DNA of 64,000 bases from NCBI GenBank assembly GCA_045159875.1, contig CP067995.1:1056001-1120000 (forward strand). Direction: 5' to 3'. Shown piece after piece: positions 1-14,086 of this stretch (its first letter is position 1; each line of letters begins with the position of its first letter). Below the pieces are notes generated by a model. The model was not told where the DNA came from. It ran no database searches and was given only the letters and a program-made list of their open reading frames with translations. The position numbers and the translations under genes were made by a program. The DNA comes from a cyanobacterium endosymbiont of Rhopalodia gibba (GTDB taxonomy: Bacteria > Cyanobacteriota > Cyanobacteriia > Cyanobacteriales > Microcystaceae).

Positions 1-1190
1 ATTTCATAGGTTTCATATCCCGACTCTTTTAACTCTTGAGAAAATATTTCAGCCGCTTCTCCAATTAACAGAACTGTAGAAACTTTTTTTTTAATTTGTT
101 TAATCCAACGGTCATTGTCCCCTTTTTTCACTTTTCCCCCCGCAACTAAAATTACTGGAGATTTGACAGAAACTAAGCCAACTTCTGCTGCATCATAATT
201 GGTTGCCTTACTATCATTAATAAAGTCAATTCCCCGCACATTACAAATTAATTCTAAGCGGTGAGGAACTCCTTTAAATTCAGAAATTGCCTGAGCTATC
301 ACACCTTTTTCAACCCCTGCTAATCGTGCTGCTCCCACTGCCATTAATAAATTTTGTTGATTGTGAGAACCCACCATTTTAAAGAGATTCAAAGGCGCGA
401 TTAATTCCCCAAAAGCAACTATCCAATTATCTTGAATATAGATTCCCTTAGAAGTATTGCAGAGTAAATGCTCTTTTCCTTTAGTAGTTGTCCAATAGGC
501 ATCGGCCCATTGATGTAATCCCACTTGATGTAAATAAGGGTCATCTCCATTAAGGATTTGATATTCGCACCGATGTAGGATAGATGCTTTGATAGCATAA
601 TAATTATCTAGAGTTTTGTGACGGTCAAGATGATCAGCGGTAAAAGTTGTCCAAATACCGATTTTGGGGGCTAATCTTCTCAGAGACTCTCCTTGATAAC
701 TACTAACTTCAGCTATAATCCAATCAAATTTTTCTGAAGATAGAACAAGTTCGCAAGCGGCATAGCCAATGTTACCGCAAGAGGGTGCACTAAGTCCTGA
801 TGTTTGAAAAATTGACGCGGTTAAAGCAGTGGTGGTAGTTTTTCCATTAGTTCCCGTAATTCCTACCCAAGGAAACCGGTGTAAATATCTCCAAGCTAAT
901 TCCAATTCTCCAATAACATCAATACCGTGAACGCGCGCTTCTAGCAAAAAAGGAATATCTAAAGAAACTCCTGGACTAACTACAATTAAGTCAGGTGAGT
1001 TTGTCGCCATCAATGTTAGTTCATGTCCCAATTTAACCGTGATCCCTTCTTGTTCTAATATTTGTCGGGTTTGTTGTAGGGGTAAAGAGTCAGCGCGATC
1101 ACTCAGAACTACTTCCCATCCATCTGTTTTCAGTACTCTGGCTGCGGCAATTCCTGATCTTCCCAGTCCTATAATATAAGCAATGGCCAT
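1..1190 (-). CDS. murD: UDP-N-acetylmuramoyl-L-alanine--D-glutamate ligase (3' end outside window)
   Basis: Manual minus-strand translation from ATG at 1190: MAIAYIIGLGRSGIAAAR, VVSPG, GITGTNGKTTT, GNIG, DHLDRH, VPHRLE, INDSKATN. Not in the ORF track because it runs off the window. Confidence 0.95.
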   Translation of the reverse strand, partial: MAIAYIIGLGRSGIAAARVLKTDGWEVVLSDRADSLPLQQTRQILEQEGITVKLGHELTLMATNSPDLIVVSPGVSLDIPFLLEARVHGIDVIGELELAWRYLHRFPWVGITGTNGKTTTTALTASIFQTSGLSAPSCGNIGYAACELVLSSEKFDWIIAEVSSYQGESLRRLAPKIGIWTTFTADHLDRHKTLDNYYAIKASILHRCEYQILNGDDPYLHQVGLHQWADAYWTTTKGKEHLLCNTSKGIYIQDNWIVAFGELIAPLNLFKMVGSHNQQNLLMAVGAARLAGVEKGVIAQAISEFKGVPHRLELICNVRGIDFINDSKATNYDAAEVGLVSVKSPVILVAGGKVKKGDNDRWIKQIKKKVSTVLLIGEAAEIFSQELKESGYETYE

Positions 1191-2191
1191 AAGCCTAATG
1201 TTACACCTATTCCTGATTAAAGTAGTCTTGATCTTATCAAAATAACTATCATTTTTCAGCAATACTATTCAAGTGTTTTTTCTGATTAACTAATTAATGA
1301 CTAATATACTACCAATAACCAAAAAGTAAAATAACAAAAAACAACCTGAAAATCTTAATAATTTCTAATCTACTACTCCTATTCTAGGTCAAAAAATTTA
1401 GATTTATTTTATTTTTAAATTAAATATTTAAATATTTATTTCTTTAGCCATAAAACCTTTAAAAACTTAATGATCAATCAAAAAAGTAAAATTACTGTTA
1501 TTTTTTTAATTGTTTAGAATTAAAAAATAAAAGAATATTTTGGGGTAAAAAAAGATAAATTGTATCCTTAAGCCTCTTAATAAGATAAAGATACTAGTTA
1601 AAACTGACATTTAATCGAAAATAAGCTTTTTATAAAAAGTTAAAAAATAATATGAGGAAAAACAATTTGTTTACTCATATTATGTGCGACTATAGATTGG
1701 TTTAAACTGTATAGTTATTTCTATTAACGTCAACAAAGAGATTATTATTTATAAGTAATTTAAGCATTAGTGTAGTCGTCAATTTTTCAGCAGACTTAGT
1801 AACCTGTTATAGAGGAAAAGAAAAATTGCCATTTTTTACCAGATATTTATGATAATAGAGGAAATACCTAGCAGAAATTAATATAACAACAGGTAAACGC
1901 GGTAACAATTCCATATGATTTCTTATCTGTACAATAATCATGTTACCATGAGTCTAGGGGCGGTAGCTACGATTTTGAGCCAGGGAAGCATCACTAAAAA
2001 GGTTGATAACTAAGACGGATAGAGCTTTTGTATTAAACTAAGGAACGTAGACGTAATCACATTATCTGTGCTTTATGTAAAGTTGAGTAGACTGCCCTTA
2101 AATTTTTCAGTTAACTTTGGCACCATAAACAACATTTAGTTACATCTTAAAAACAGAAGTTTTTTTATCTACTATTCTATTAAGTTAAGTT

Positions 2192-4594
2192 TTGATTCAA
2201 CAAGAAACCTTAAACCTTCTCGAATGGCCTCGACTCTGTCAACACTTGTCTACCTTTGCCGCGACAAAACTGGGAGTGTCAGCCGCCAACAACCTATCGA
2301 TTCCTGACAATCTTGAAGAAAGTAAGCGACTATTAGCTCAAACCCGAGAAATTTATCATTTAGAACAGAATTTAGAAGTTCCATGGTCTTTTGATGGGAT
2401 CACTGATATTGGAGACTCTCTAGAACGAGCTAAATTAGGAGGAATACTTTCTGGACAGGAATTGCTTAATATTGCTACCACTTTAGCTGGGGTGAGGCGA
2501 CTGCGGCGAATGATTGATAATCAAGAAAATTGTCCTATTTTAGAGAAATTAGTGGCAGATATTCGGACTTATCCCGAATTGGAGCAGAAAATCAACCATT
2601 GTATTGACGAAGCAGGGAAAGTCGCTGATCGCGCTAGTGTCAAATTAGGAGAGATTCGTCGAAACCTCAAAGATGTCCGCGATCACATTTATCAGAAACT
2701 CCAAAATATTATCCACCAGCAAGGAGGAGCAGTCCAAGAAGCTGTTATTACCCAACGAGGTGATCGTTTTGTAATTCCTGTAAAAGCTCCTCAAAAAGAC
2801 CAAATTAGAGGGATTATTCATGATACCTCTAGTACAGGAGCAACTATTTATGTTGAACCGAATTCCGTCGTACAATGGGGCAACCAACGCCGTCAATATT
2901 TACGTCAAGAACAGGTGGAAATAGAAGCTATTTTACGTATTTTAACCGAAGAAGTTGCTTCTATTTACGATGAACTAGACTATTTACTGAGAATAGCTAC
3001 TATTCTTGATTTAACAACGGCTAAAGCCCTTTATAGCTTATGGTTAAAAGGAAATGCTCCCGAATTTATTGACCCAACTCAAGGAGAACTGATTACTCTA
3101 CGGCAACTACGTCATCCCCTGCTCGTTTGGCAACAACAGTACGAACAAGGTTCTTCTGTCATTCCTATAAATGTTCAGGTTGATCCAAAAATTCGAGTTG
3201 TAGCAATCACCGGTCCTAACACAGGAGGCAAAACCGTCACCCTAAAAACTATCGGTTTAGCTGCTTTAATGGCTAAAGTAGGTTTATTCGTTCCTGCTAA
3301 AGAACCTGTGAAAATCCCTTGGTTTGGACATATCCTAGCAGACATTGGAGATGAACAGTCAATTGAACAAAGTTTATCCACCTTTTCAGGTCATATATGC
3401 CGCATCGTCCGTATTCTCGAATCTCTGACAACTACTTTTTCCCCTACCCTCTCTTTTTCTCTTGTCCTTCTTGATGAAGTAGGTGCAGGAACTGATCCCG
3501 CAGAGGGAAGTGCATTAGCTGCCGCTCTCCTTCATTATTTGGCTGAGCACGCTTCACTCACTATTGCCAGCACTCATTATGGAGAATTGAAAGCATTAAA
3601 ATATCAAGATGACCGTTTTGAGAATGCGTCAGTCGAATTTGATGAGCTAACCCTTTCCCCCACTTATCGTCTGTTGTGGGGAATTCCAGGACGTTCTAAT
3701 GCCCTAACGATTGCTGGTCGATTAGGGTTACAAATGGAAATTATTGAAGAGGCTAAAACTCGTATTGGAGGGTTTTCTGAAGAAATCAATGAAGTTATTG
3801 CTGGGTTAGAAAAACAACGAAGAGAACAGGAACAAAAAGCACAAGAAGCTAGTAACTTGTTACAACAAACTAAGGAGTTTTATATAAAAGTTTTAGAAAA
3901 AGCTTCGTCGTTACAACAACGAGAACAGTCGTTAAAACAATATCAAGAACAAGAAATTCAAAAGGAGATTGCCGAGGCAAAAGAAAAAATTGCTCAAGTT
4001 ATTCGTCAATTACAAAAGGGAAAACAAACGGGACAACAAGCACAAAAAGCTACGACAACTTTACAAGAAATTAGTGAACGTCAATTATCTAAACTGGAAC
4101 AATGTAAATCTGCTTATAAACCTCAAGTTGGAGAAAAAATTAAATTACTAAGATTTGGACAGACAGCAGATGTATTAGCAATAGATGAAGAACAAAAAGA
4201 AGTTACTGTTCGTTTTGGATTAATGAAAATGACTGTTTCTTTTACTAAGATTGAATCTTTAGATGGGAAAAAAGTTGAAGTTACTGCGAGAAAAAAAGTT
4301 CCTATTGCTACTCCATCAAAAACAAAAAAACCTCAATCCGTTCCGATGATTAGAACATCTCAAAATACTTTAGATATTCGAGGAAGTAGAGTTGCTGAAG
4401 CAGAATCAAATCTAGAAAATGCAATTTCTAAAGCTACTCAATCAGGGGTTTTATGGATCATTCATGGAAAAGGAACTGGAAAACTACGTCAAGGGGTTCA
4501 TGAATTTTTAAAGCTACATCCCCAAATAGATAAGTTTGAATTAGCACCTCAAAATGAAGGAGGCTCAGGAGTAACTATTGCTTATTTAAAATAG
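2192..4594 (+). CDS. mutS2: Endonuclease MutS2
   Basis: 800 aa; ITGPNTGGKT Walker A, IGDEQSIEQSLSTFSGH, LLDEVGAGTDP, C-terminal Smr domain (IIHGKGTG); TTG start. Confidence 0.96.
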   Translation: MIQQETLNLLEWPRLCQHLSTFAATKLGVSAANNLSIPDNLEESKRLLAQTREIYHLEQNLEVPWSFDGITDIGDSLERAKLGGILSGQELLNIATTLAGVRRLRRMIDNQENCPILEKLVADIRTYPELEQKINHCIDEAGKVADRASVKLGEIRRNLKDVRDHIYQKLQNIIHQQGGAVQEAVITQRGDRFVIPVKAPQKDQIRGIIHDTSSTGATIYVEPNSVVQWGNQRRQYLRQEQVEIEAILRILTEEVASIYDELDYLLRIATILDLTTAKALYSLWLKGNAPEFIDPTQGELITLRQLRHPLLVWQQQYEQGSSVIPINVQVDPKIRVVAITGPNTGGKTVTLKTIGLAALMAKVGLFVPAKEPVKIPWFGHILADIGDEQSIEQSLSTFSGHICRIVRILESLTTTFSPTLSFSLVLLDEVGAGTDPAEGSALAAALLHYLAEHASLTIASTHYGELKALKYQDDRFENASVEFDELTLSPTYRLLWGIPGRSNALTIAGRLGLQMEIIEEAKTRIGGFSEEINEVIAGLEKQRREQEQKAQEASNLLQQTKEFYIKVLEKASSLQQREQSLKQYQEQEIQKEIAEAKEKIAQVIRQLQKGKQTGQQAQKATTTLQEISERQLSKLEQCKSAYKPQVGEKIKLLRFGQTADVLAIDEEQKEVTVRFGLMKMTVSFTKIESLDGKKVEVTARKKVPIATPSKTKKPQSVPMIRTSQNTLDIRGSRVAEAESNLENAISKATQSGVLWIIHGKGTGKLRQGVHEFLKLHPQIDKFELAPQNEGGSGVTIAYLK

Positions 4595-7059
4595 TTAATC
4601 GTCAATAGTTGAGTTTAGCTTATCATCTAAGTATCATTAAAACTAAGCATTTTGAGATAATTATAAATTCTAAGAAGTATCAAAATATTGAAATATGTTA
4701 TTTCACCTTAGCAGAGGTTTGAAAGATTATTTTTATCAATTTAGTTCCTTAGGTAACTGCATTAAGTAAGAAGAGTAAAATTTTTAAAATTTATCTATTA
4801 TTTTATTTATCTATTTATATTTATGTAACAAGTTTAGAAAAAACAATTATATTGAACAAGCCTCTTATTTAATTAAGACAATTAAAATCAATAAAAGTAT
4901 TAATATACTATCGATAGATAAGATTATTTGAATGATATAATTATTTTAATAGTAGATTTAAAAACAATTTATTCTAAAAAATAGATCATACTAAGTTTTA
5001 TTTAGTGTTTAATAAATTAGCAATTAAAATCTAGTAAATTTATTAAAATCATAAGCTTTATTTGGAGGTTAATTGATAAGAACTAAACCAGATTTACTTG
5101 GCGTTAAGCGATCTTAATTTTTAGTCAAATTTACTTGTGTTACTAATTTAGTAAGTCATAATTAATTCAGGATTAAATAATTTTTTAACCATATTTTTGT
5201 TGATAATTATAATCTCTAAAATTTGGGATTAAGTGCAGGCTGTTTAAACCTATATTCAGATATTAAAAATGATTTTTTAAATTCTTAAACCCTATTACTT
5301 CAAAATTATTGACAGTATCTAAAACTAATATATTTAGATTATACCGAACTCAAAATGGTTAACTGATAGTTGGAAGTCAAAAATAGGAAATAAAGAATGA
5401 TAAATAATTTTTAAACAAAATCGAAAATACGTCATATATTAATGGTTTTAAAGACTTGATGAGTCTAAGCCAAGGGATAGATATCATTGTTTTTACTATA
5501 AAAATAGTGAAAATTAGATTATAAGATAAACTATATAGTTTAGTCCAATTTTTTAGAAAAAATACTGTCTTAATTAAACCCAAGATAGCATAAAGATATA
5601 GAAAACATATATCGAGTAGAATGTATCAGACTTTTAGTTATAAAATAAAAAGGTTGAGTAAATAAAGAACAAAACATATCTAAATTTTCGTTAGAACAAA
5701 CTGATAATACAAAATTAACTAGTGACATGCTAAGCTAAGAAACTTCAATTTTCTACTACTTTTTGAGTTTTTTTTTAGTTAAAGTAGGTAATAATTTCTT
5801 CAATTCTCTTTAAATCAATACATTTATAAGAAGATTAGTGACATTTTATATATCTGGCTTGCTTTAGCCTTTTGTTCTCTGCTTAAATCTTTTTCTTAGA
5901 TAAGATATATTTACTTCTATTTAATCTTGATATAATTTTTTTTAAAAAAATACTAATATTTGCGAGCTCTTTAGCTTATAGTTAAAAGTTTTTTTTTAAA
6001 AAAACTTGAACATTAACTTATCTTATCACATAAAATATATATGCTATGTTACTGCTTCGACTTATAGAATTACTTGATTCATGATATTTTGATAAGATTT
6101 TTTAATATCTATATTCACTTGTTTGATTTTTTTAAAAATCTCTGTCGACAAAACTTATAATAATTTTACTTTTTTAAGAAAAAGCTCTTTTTTCTAAAAT
6201 TTTACTCTTATTCCTTCATCTAAATTGACCATTATTACATAATAACTTTCTTGTCTTTTTATTACAGAAATCTAATCAATTACTAACTATTTTAATGTCT
6301 AGATTTTTTGTTTACATTTCTCCATCTAAATCTAGAATCATTATTTCTATTTCTTTTAGTTGTATCTTAATGTTTCTATTGAAAATCTCTACGATATTTT
6401 TTTTAGTTTTTTTTTAAAAAAAAGCTTAATTTTCTTGTGGATTTATTTACGGATTGATTACATTCTATTTTAGAAAAATTATCTTTATTCAAATATATAT
6501 TTTGAGTTTAAAGCAAATTGCTTATAGTTAATTTATCATTTTAATCTAATTTTTAGAAATTGAACTACAATAAATACTTACTTGCTGTTAAGTATACTTT
6601 TTTGGGGTTTAAAATTTCATTTATTAAACTAAGTTAAGTATTTTATACTTTAGAAGTAAAGGTGTTTAATTTAATTAAATTAGATTTAAGCATAAGATTT
6701 GTATAAATATTAATTATTTAATGGCTAGTTTTTGACATATTAATAATTAATATTGATACTTTATTTATGTATTTTTAATCAGAACATAATGAGCTCAATA
6801 AACCTTTAATTACATCCAAAGTAACTGGAAAAAACTAAAAAAATAAAATAAAAATAATTCTAAATTTATCAAAAGAAAACATTTGATTAATTATTGATTT
6901 AATCAGAAAACTAGAAAGTTGAAATCTGTTCTTTGTTATCTCTTCATTAAAGTGTTAGTTTTACCCAAATGATAGATTAGGTAGAACCTATTATTTGGGA
7001 GATAGTTATGTTAAAATATAAGAGGATATAAAAATAAATCTAATTATCTGAATTAAAAT

Positions 7060-7093
7060 TAGGCCTTTAACTAGGCCTTTAACTAGTCCTTTT
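7060..7093. repeat. 12-bp tandem repeat upstream of gyrA
   Basis: taggcctttaac x2 followed by a degenerate partial copy tagtcctttt. Confidence 0.7.
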
Positions 7094-7153
7094 TTGTCTC
7101 TTTTTAAGACAATATTCCCTTAATCTACAACCTTTAATGGAGTTGATTATCCT

Positions 7154-9865
7154 ATGACTGCCTCTCAAGATCGGATTATTCCCATAGACTTGAGTAATGA
7201 AATGTCCCGTTCTTACTTGGAATACGCCATGAGCGTCATTGTAGGAAGAGCATTACCCGATGCTAGGGATGGGTTAAAACCAGTCCACCGTCGTATTCTC
7301 TACGCCATGTATGAACTAGGTTTAACTCCTGAACGCCCTTTCCGAAAGTGCGCAAGGGTGGTTGGAGAAGTTTTAGGGAAATATCACCCTCACGGTGATG
7401 CAGCTGTTTATGATGCACTAGTAAGGATGGCGCAGAGTTTTTCGATGCGAAATCCACTAATTGAAGGGCATGGAAATTTTGGATCGGTAGACAATGATCC
7501 CCCTGCAGCTATGCGTTATACGGAGTGTCGCCTACAATCGTTAGCAACAAATGCTTTATTAAGAGACATTGAATCAGAAACAGTTGATTTTGCTGACACC
7601 TTTGACGGCTCACAACAAGAACCTGTTGTACTCCCTGCTAGGATTCCCCAATTACTACTTAATGGTTCTTCGGGAATTGCGGTAGGGATGGCGACCAATA
7701 TTCCTCCCCATAACTTAGGAGAATTGATCGAGGGAACCGTAGCTTTAATTGATGAACCAGAAATAGAAGAGGTAAAACTGAGAAAAATTATTCCTGGACC
7801 TGATTTCCCCACTGGAGGACAAATATTGGGAAGATCAGGTATTAAGGATGCTTATACCACTGGACGTGGTTCGATTACCATGCGAGGGGTGGCTACTATT
7901 GCCACTGTTGAACAAAAGGGAAAACCTGATCGCGAAGCCATTATTGTCACCCAATTACCTTATCAAACTAACAAAGCAGCTTTAATTGAACGAATTGCTA
8001 ATCTAGTTAACGATAAACGTATTGAAGGGATCTCCGATATTCGAGACGAGAGTGATCGCGAAGGAATGCGGATTGTGATTGAACTCAAGCGGGATGCTTA
8101 TCCCCGTGTTGTTCTCAATAACCTCTATAAGCAAACCCCAATCCAAAGCAATTTTGGGGCGAATATGCTGGCATTAGTCAATGGAGAACCACAATTACTC
8201 ACTATAAAAAGGTTTCTTCAAATTTTCCTTGATTTTCGTATCGAGACTATCACTAAGCGGACTCAATATGAGTTACGCAAAGCTGAAGAAAGGGATCATC
8301 TATTAAAAGGGTTACTAATCGCCTTGAATAACTTAGACGCAGTTATTCGACTAATTCGCCAAGCGGCTGATACAGCCGCTGCCAAAGAAGAATTAGTTGG
8401 AAAATTTAGTCTTTCTGTGGTTCAAGCAGACGCTATTCTACAAATGCAACTGCGTCGTCTCACTGCTTTAGAAGCTGACAAGATTCATGCTGAAGACAAA
8501 GAGCTCCGGTTAAAAATTGTTGATTTACAAGATATTTTAGCTAAGCGTGAACGTATCGAAACCATTATCAAAGAAGAACTCGAACAAATCAAATCTATCC
8601 ATGCTACCTCTCGCTGTACCGAAATTATCCGTGACGACGGAGAAATCATTGATACTGATTTAATTGCTAATGAGCAAGCGATCATTCTCCTTACAGAACA
8701 AGGATACATTAAACGGATGCCTGTCAGTACCTTTGGAGCGCAAAGTCGGGCAACGCGTGGCAAAGCAGCAGCAAAAATAAAAGAAAATGATGTAGTCGAA
8801 CATTTCTTAAGCTGTTGTGACCACAATCAAGTTCTATTTTTTAGTGATCGCGGTGTCGTCTATGGTATTCCTGCTTATCAAATTCCCGCAGCTTCTCGAA
8901 CCGCCAGAGGAGTTCCCATCGTCCAAATGTTACCCATTCCCAAGGATGAAAAAATTACTTCTATCGTAGCAGTAAGTGAGTTTAGCGAAGATATATATCT
9001 CATTATGTTGACTCGTAAAGGATACATCAAAAAAACAGCCTTAGCGGCTTTTAGTAATATTCGCGCCAACGGGTTAATTGCTATTTCTTTAGGAGAGGGA
9101 GATCAACTGCGTTGGGTAAGACTTGCCAGAGCAGAAGATAGTATCATTATTGGGACACGCCAAGGGATGGCAATTCATTTTCACGCTAATCACCAGCAAT
9201 TGCGACCCCTGGGACGATCTACACGAGGAGTTAAAGCCATGAAGTTAAAGTCAGACGATAACTTCATCAGTATGGATATTCTTTCAAGTCAAGTGATAGC
9301 CGGAATGGAGAATAATATACAAGAGGAGGAAGACGAAGAATTACTAGAAACTGAAGAATTACTAGAAACTGAAGAATTACTAGAAACTGAAGAATTACTA
9401 GAAACTGAAGAATTACTAGAAACTGAAAAATTACTAGAAACTGAAGAATTACTAGAAACTGAAGAATTACTAGAAACTGAAGAATTACTAGACACCGAAG
9501 AAACCACTGGTGGACCGTGGGTATTAGCTATTACCAATGGAGGGTATGGAAAGCGAGTTCCCGTTAATAAATTCCGTCTTCAAAATCGTGCAGGGATGGG
9601 GGTCAAAGCTATTAAGTTTAAATTTAAAACTGATCGTCTAGCATCGTTGCATATTGTAAATGAAGATAACGAGTTGATGATTGTGTCTAACCGAGGTATT
9701 ATTATTCGTCAAGCGGTTAAGGCTATTTCTCTGCAATCTCGTATGGCTACGGGAGTTCGGGTACAAAGGTTAGACGATGATGACGCAATTGCTGCTGTTG
9801 CCTTAGTTCCTCAGTCCGCACGAGAGGAACTAAGTAACGAAGTAAACGAAGGTGAAGAAGAATAG
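7154..9865 (+). CDS. gyrA: DNA gyrase subunit A
   Basis: 903 aa; [31 protein letters not shown] catalytic Tyr, GyrA-box-like QSRATRG, C-terminal pinwheel blades. Confidence 0.96.
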   Translation: MTASQDRIIPIDLSNEMSRSYLEYAMSVIVGRALPDARDGLKPVHRRILYAMYELGLTPERPFRKCARVVGEVLGKYHPHGDAAVYDALVRMAQSFSMRNPLIEGHGNFGSVDNDPPAAMRYTECRLQSLATNALLRDIESETVDFADTFDGSQQEPVVLPARIPQLLLNGSSGIAVGMATNIPPHNLGELIEGTVALIDEPEIEEVKLRKIIPGPDFPTGGQILGRSGIKDAYTTGRGSITMRGVATIATVEQKGKPDREAIIVTQLPYQTNKAALIERIANLVNDKRIEGISDIRDESDREGMRIVIELKRDAYPRVVLNNLYKQTPIQSNFGANMLALVNGEPQLLTIKRFLQIFLDFRIETITKRTQYELRKAEERDHLLKGLLIALNNLDAVIRLIRQAADTAAAKEELVGKFSLSVVQADAILQMQLRRLTALEADKIHAEDKELRLKIVDLQDILAKRERIETIIKEELEQIKSIHATSRCTEIIRDDGEIIDTDLIANEQAIILLTEQGYIKRMPVSTFGAQSRATRGKAAAKIKENDVVEHFLSCCDHNQVLFFSDRGVVYGIPAYQIPAASRTARGVPIVQMLPIPKDEKITSIVAVSEFSEDIYLIMLTRKGYIKKTALAAFSNIRANGLIAISLGEGDQLRWVRLARAEDSIIIGTRQGMAIHFHANHQQLRPLGRSTRGVKAMKLKSDDNFISMDILSSQVIAGMENNIQEEEDEELLETEELLETEELLETEELLETEELLETEKLLETEELLETEELLETEELLDTEETTGGPWVLAITNGGYGKRVPVNKFRLQNRAGMGVKAIKFKFKTDRLASLHIVNEDNELMIVSNRGIIIRQAVKAISLQSRMATGVRVQRLDDDDAIAAVALVPQSAREELSNEVNEGEEE
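9335..9496 (+). repeat. In-frame 18-bp tandem repeat x9 in gyrA (EELLET)
   Basis: gaagaattactagaaact: 5 exact copies, 1 variant (EKLLET), 2 exact copies, 1 variant (EELLDT). Confidence 0.98.
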
Positions 9866-11013
9866 ATTTATGAGTAGGGGTTAAAGATTGTCAATCCCTA
9901 CTAGAAGTTAAGCATTAACAAATTTACTTAAATATCAAACGTTTTAAGAGAAAATAGTAGTTATTTTTGAATTCAAGCCACAAAAATTGGCGGAACAATG
10001 ACAAACCTGTAACTTTAGTTACAGGTTTGTTTGTAGATTTTTTAGAACAAAATTTATATGAACTTTAAGAAATAATTGTTTTTGTAGTTGATGCCAGTTA
10101 TCAATTAACTTTTTAACTGTTATTAATTCTAAATAAATGTTAATTTTGACGTTGATAGAGCTTTTCAAAGAGTTCGTGAAGATATATTCTCGGTCTCTAA
10201 ATAATTCGCTAATTAAATTCGTCTTCAACTCAGGTACAAGTTTATCGTCATCTGTGTTGTCTGAAGTTGAAAAGTCAACATTCACCACAGTTGTTTACAA
10301 TCAGATTTAGTTTCAATTCCTGATATTATATTACAGAATTTTGCTCTCATCTAACTAAGCCTTTAAAACTCATTGTGCTTTATTGTGATCCTAATAACAT
10401 ACTTTTATCGGAGTACAATCAATAAAACTGACTTCTTTAATTTTTTTTTTGAAATATATCAGAAATAGCATGGTAGCATTATTTTCCAAGATCTAAGTGT
10501 AGAAAATGATTATAGTTGACTAGGTCAGGAAATAATTCTTGGTAATGGAAAAAAATATATGATGAATAAAATTCTTTAAAGGTTAGATATAATTAACTAT
10601 GAAAACCGATTAAAATGGATAAGCTTATAATTATTTTTTCAGATAAATACTCTCAATTAAGGAACGTATTAAAAATACTGTTAAAACTTTAATAGAAGTA
10701 ATCTGGATTGCAAAATACTATTAACCGATGCTCAGAATCAAATCTGAAGATAATTATCTTTTGAAGTTAATCGTAATAATTTTCTTAAATTAGGTGTGAT
10801 AAAGTTATAAAAATATAGCTAAGTTAATGAGAGATAGCTTGTGAATATTCAATATAAAAAATATCTACCTTGATATTCCTAGAATAAAGAGAAACTACCT
10901 ATCAATATTTTTTGAATAGTTGTCATATCATAAGTAGATGACTCGACGAAATATAAGTTCATTTTTACAGTAGAACTATCCAAGCAGTGACAGAAGGAAT
11001 CAAGGAGCAAACT

Positions 11014-11051
11014 AAATTGATTAAGCTATAAACTTATAGCTTAATCAATTT
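11014..11051. repeat. Inverted repeat between convergent gyrA and gyrB (18-bp arms, 2-nt loop), possible terminator
   Basis: aaattgattaagctataa-ac-ttatagcttaatcaattt. Confidence 0.75.
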
Positions 11052-11267
11052 TAATTAGACTAGAAGAAGAGTCTTGTTAGACTAATATTTGTCCCACTAA
11101 TCTATAACACTTAATCTTAAGAGTGGTAAAAACAATCAACTTTTTTTAAAAAGTTGAATTGATATAGGGTAATTGTATTTTTTTTGAAATCTTAACTGAA
11201 ATGTAGAATGGATTTGTACCGAATGTTCATTTGTTATTCACGCTGTACCGAACATTCAGTACAGAGA

Positions 11268-13250
<1,983 letters not shown>

Positions 13251-14086
13251 TCAAAAATTCTAACACATAAGGTTTAAAGACTGCTTTAGAGAGGTCTGGA
13301 GAGAGTTTTTTATTTAGGTATAGACAGTAGTTATAGAGACAAAATTAGAGAAAAATTTTAACTTTTGACTGAATGTAGAGGTCAATAACCGTTGACATAT
13401 ATTCTCGACTTATAAAAATAAATGGAGAAAATTCATTTATTTTTAAGTTAGTATGAGCTGATATACGTGATTACTAATTTTGATAAATTTCAAATAATAT
13501 AACAAAGTCTTTGAATTAATTTAATTGACAATGGATTAAGCTCTCTAAAGATAGAAAATACTAAATTTTTATCAAATAAAAAACTCGAATTATTTAAAAA
13601 TTAAAAATAAAATAAAATTAACACACTAAATTTTTAAAATTTTCTAGTATTTGTTCTAAGATAATGTTCAACCACTCAATGGCAGGTAATCTCTCCTGAT
13701 GGCAAAATAGTAACTTTAAATAGTTACTATTTCATCAATTAATCAAATAAATTGCTTACTATAAGCTTAACTGAAGCTACTATCACCTGCCGCAATTTTC
13801 TAAAGATATTCCTTACGGTAAACGTGCTATTATACTATGAAGCTCAATCTAATAGAACATACCTCATTAGAACAGTAGCTAGAAAAAACTTACCACTATT
13901 CTGCTGGATAAATTGTTTTAATTATTCTTGAAAAGAATACTATAAGTAGTTCAAATATAAGTTAAAAATTTTTTTTGAATATGAGTCTAGAAGAGATTTT
14001 GCTCCTAACTTGAACACTTGCTAAGTTCTGCTATACCCTGTATTGCAGATAGTACATTATGTATTTAAATTTAGACGGACAATCAT

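Noticed and set aside
5377..5583. 68-aa ORF in an AT desert (likewise 17707-17889 and 59075-59341)
   Set aside because: Composition reflects AT bias, with no RBS or recognisable motif; likely chance frames or pseudogene debris
9335..9496. Possible CRISPR array
   Set aside because: Units abut directly with no unique spacers and lie in frame within gyrA; no cas genes nearby
9289..9537. Ser-rich antisense ORF (SSNSSV repeats)
   Set aside because: It is the reverse complement of the gyrA tandem repeat
10019..10950. 89-aa minus-strand ORF and faint resemblance of the plus strand to a nucleotidyltransferase/HEPN toxin-antitoxin relic
   Set aside because: No intact diagnostic motif; too degraded to support a call
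13670..13920. ISPDGK fragment suggesting a WD40/TolB-like pseudogene
   Set aside because: One short motif with no supporting repeats
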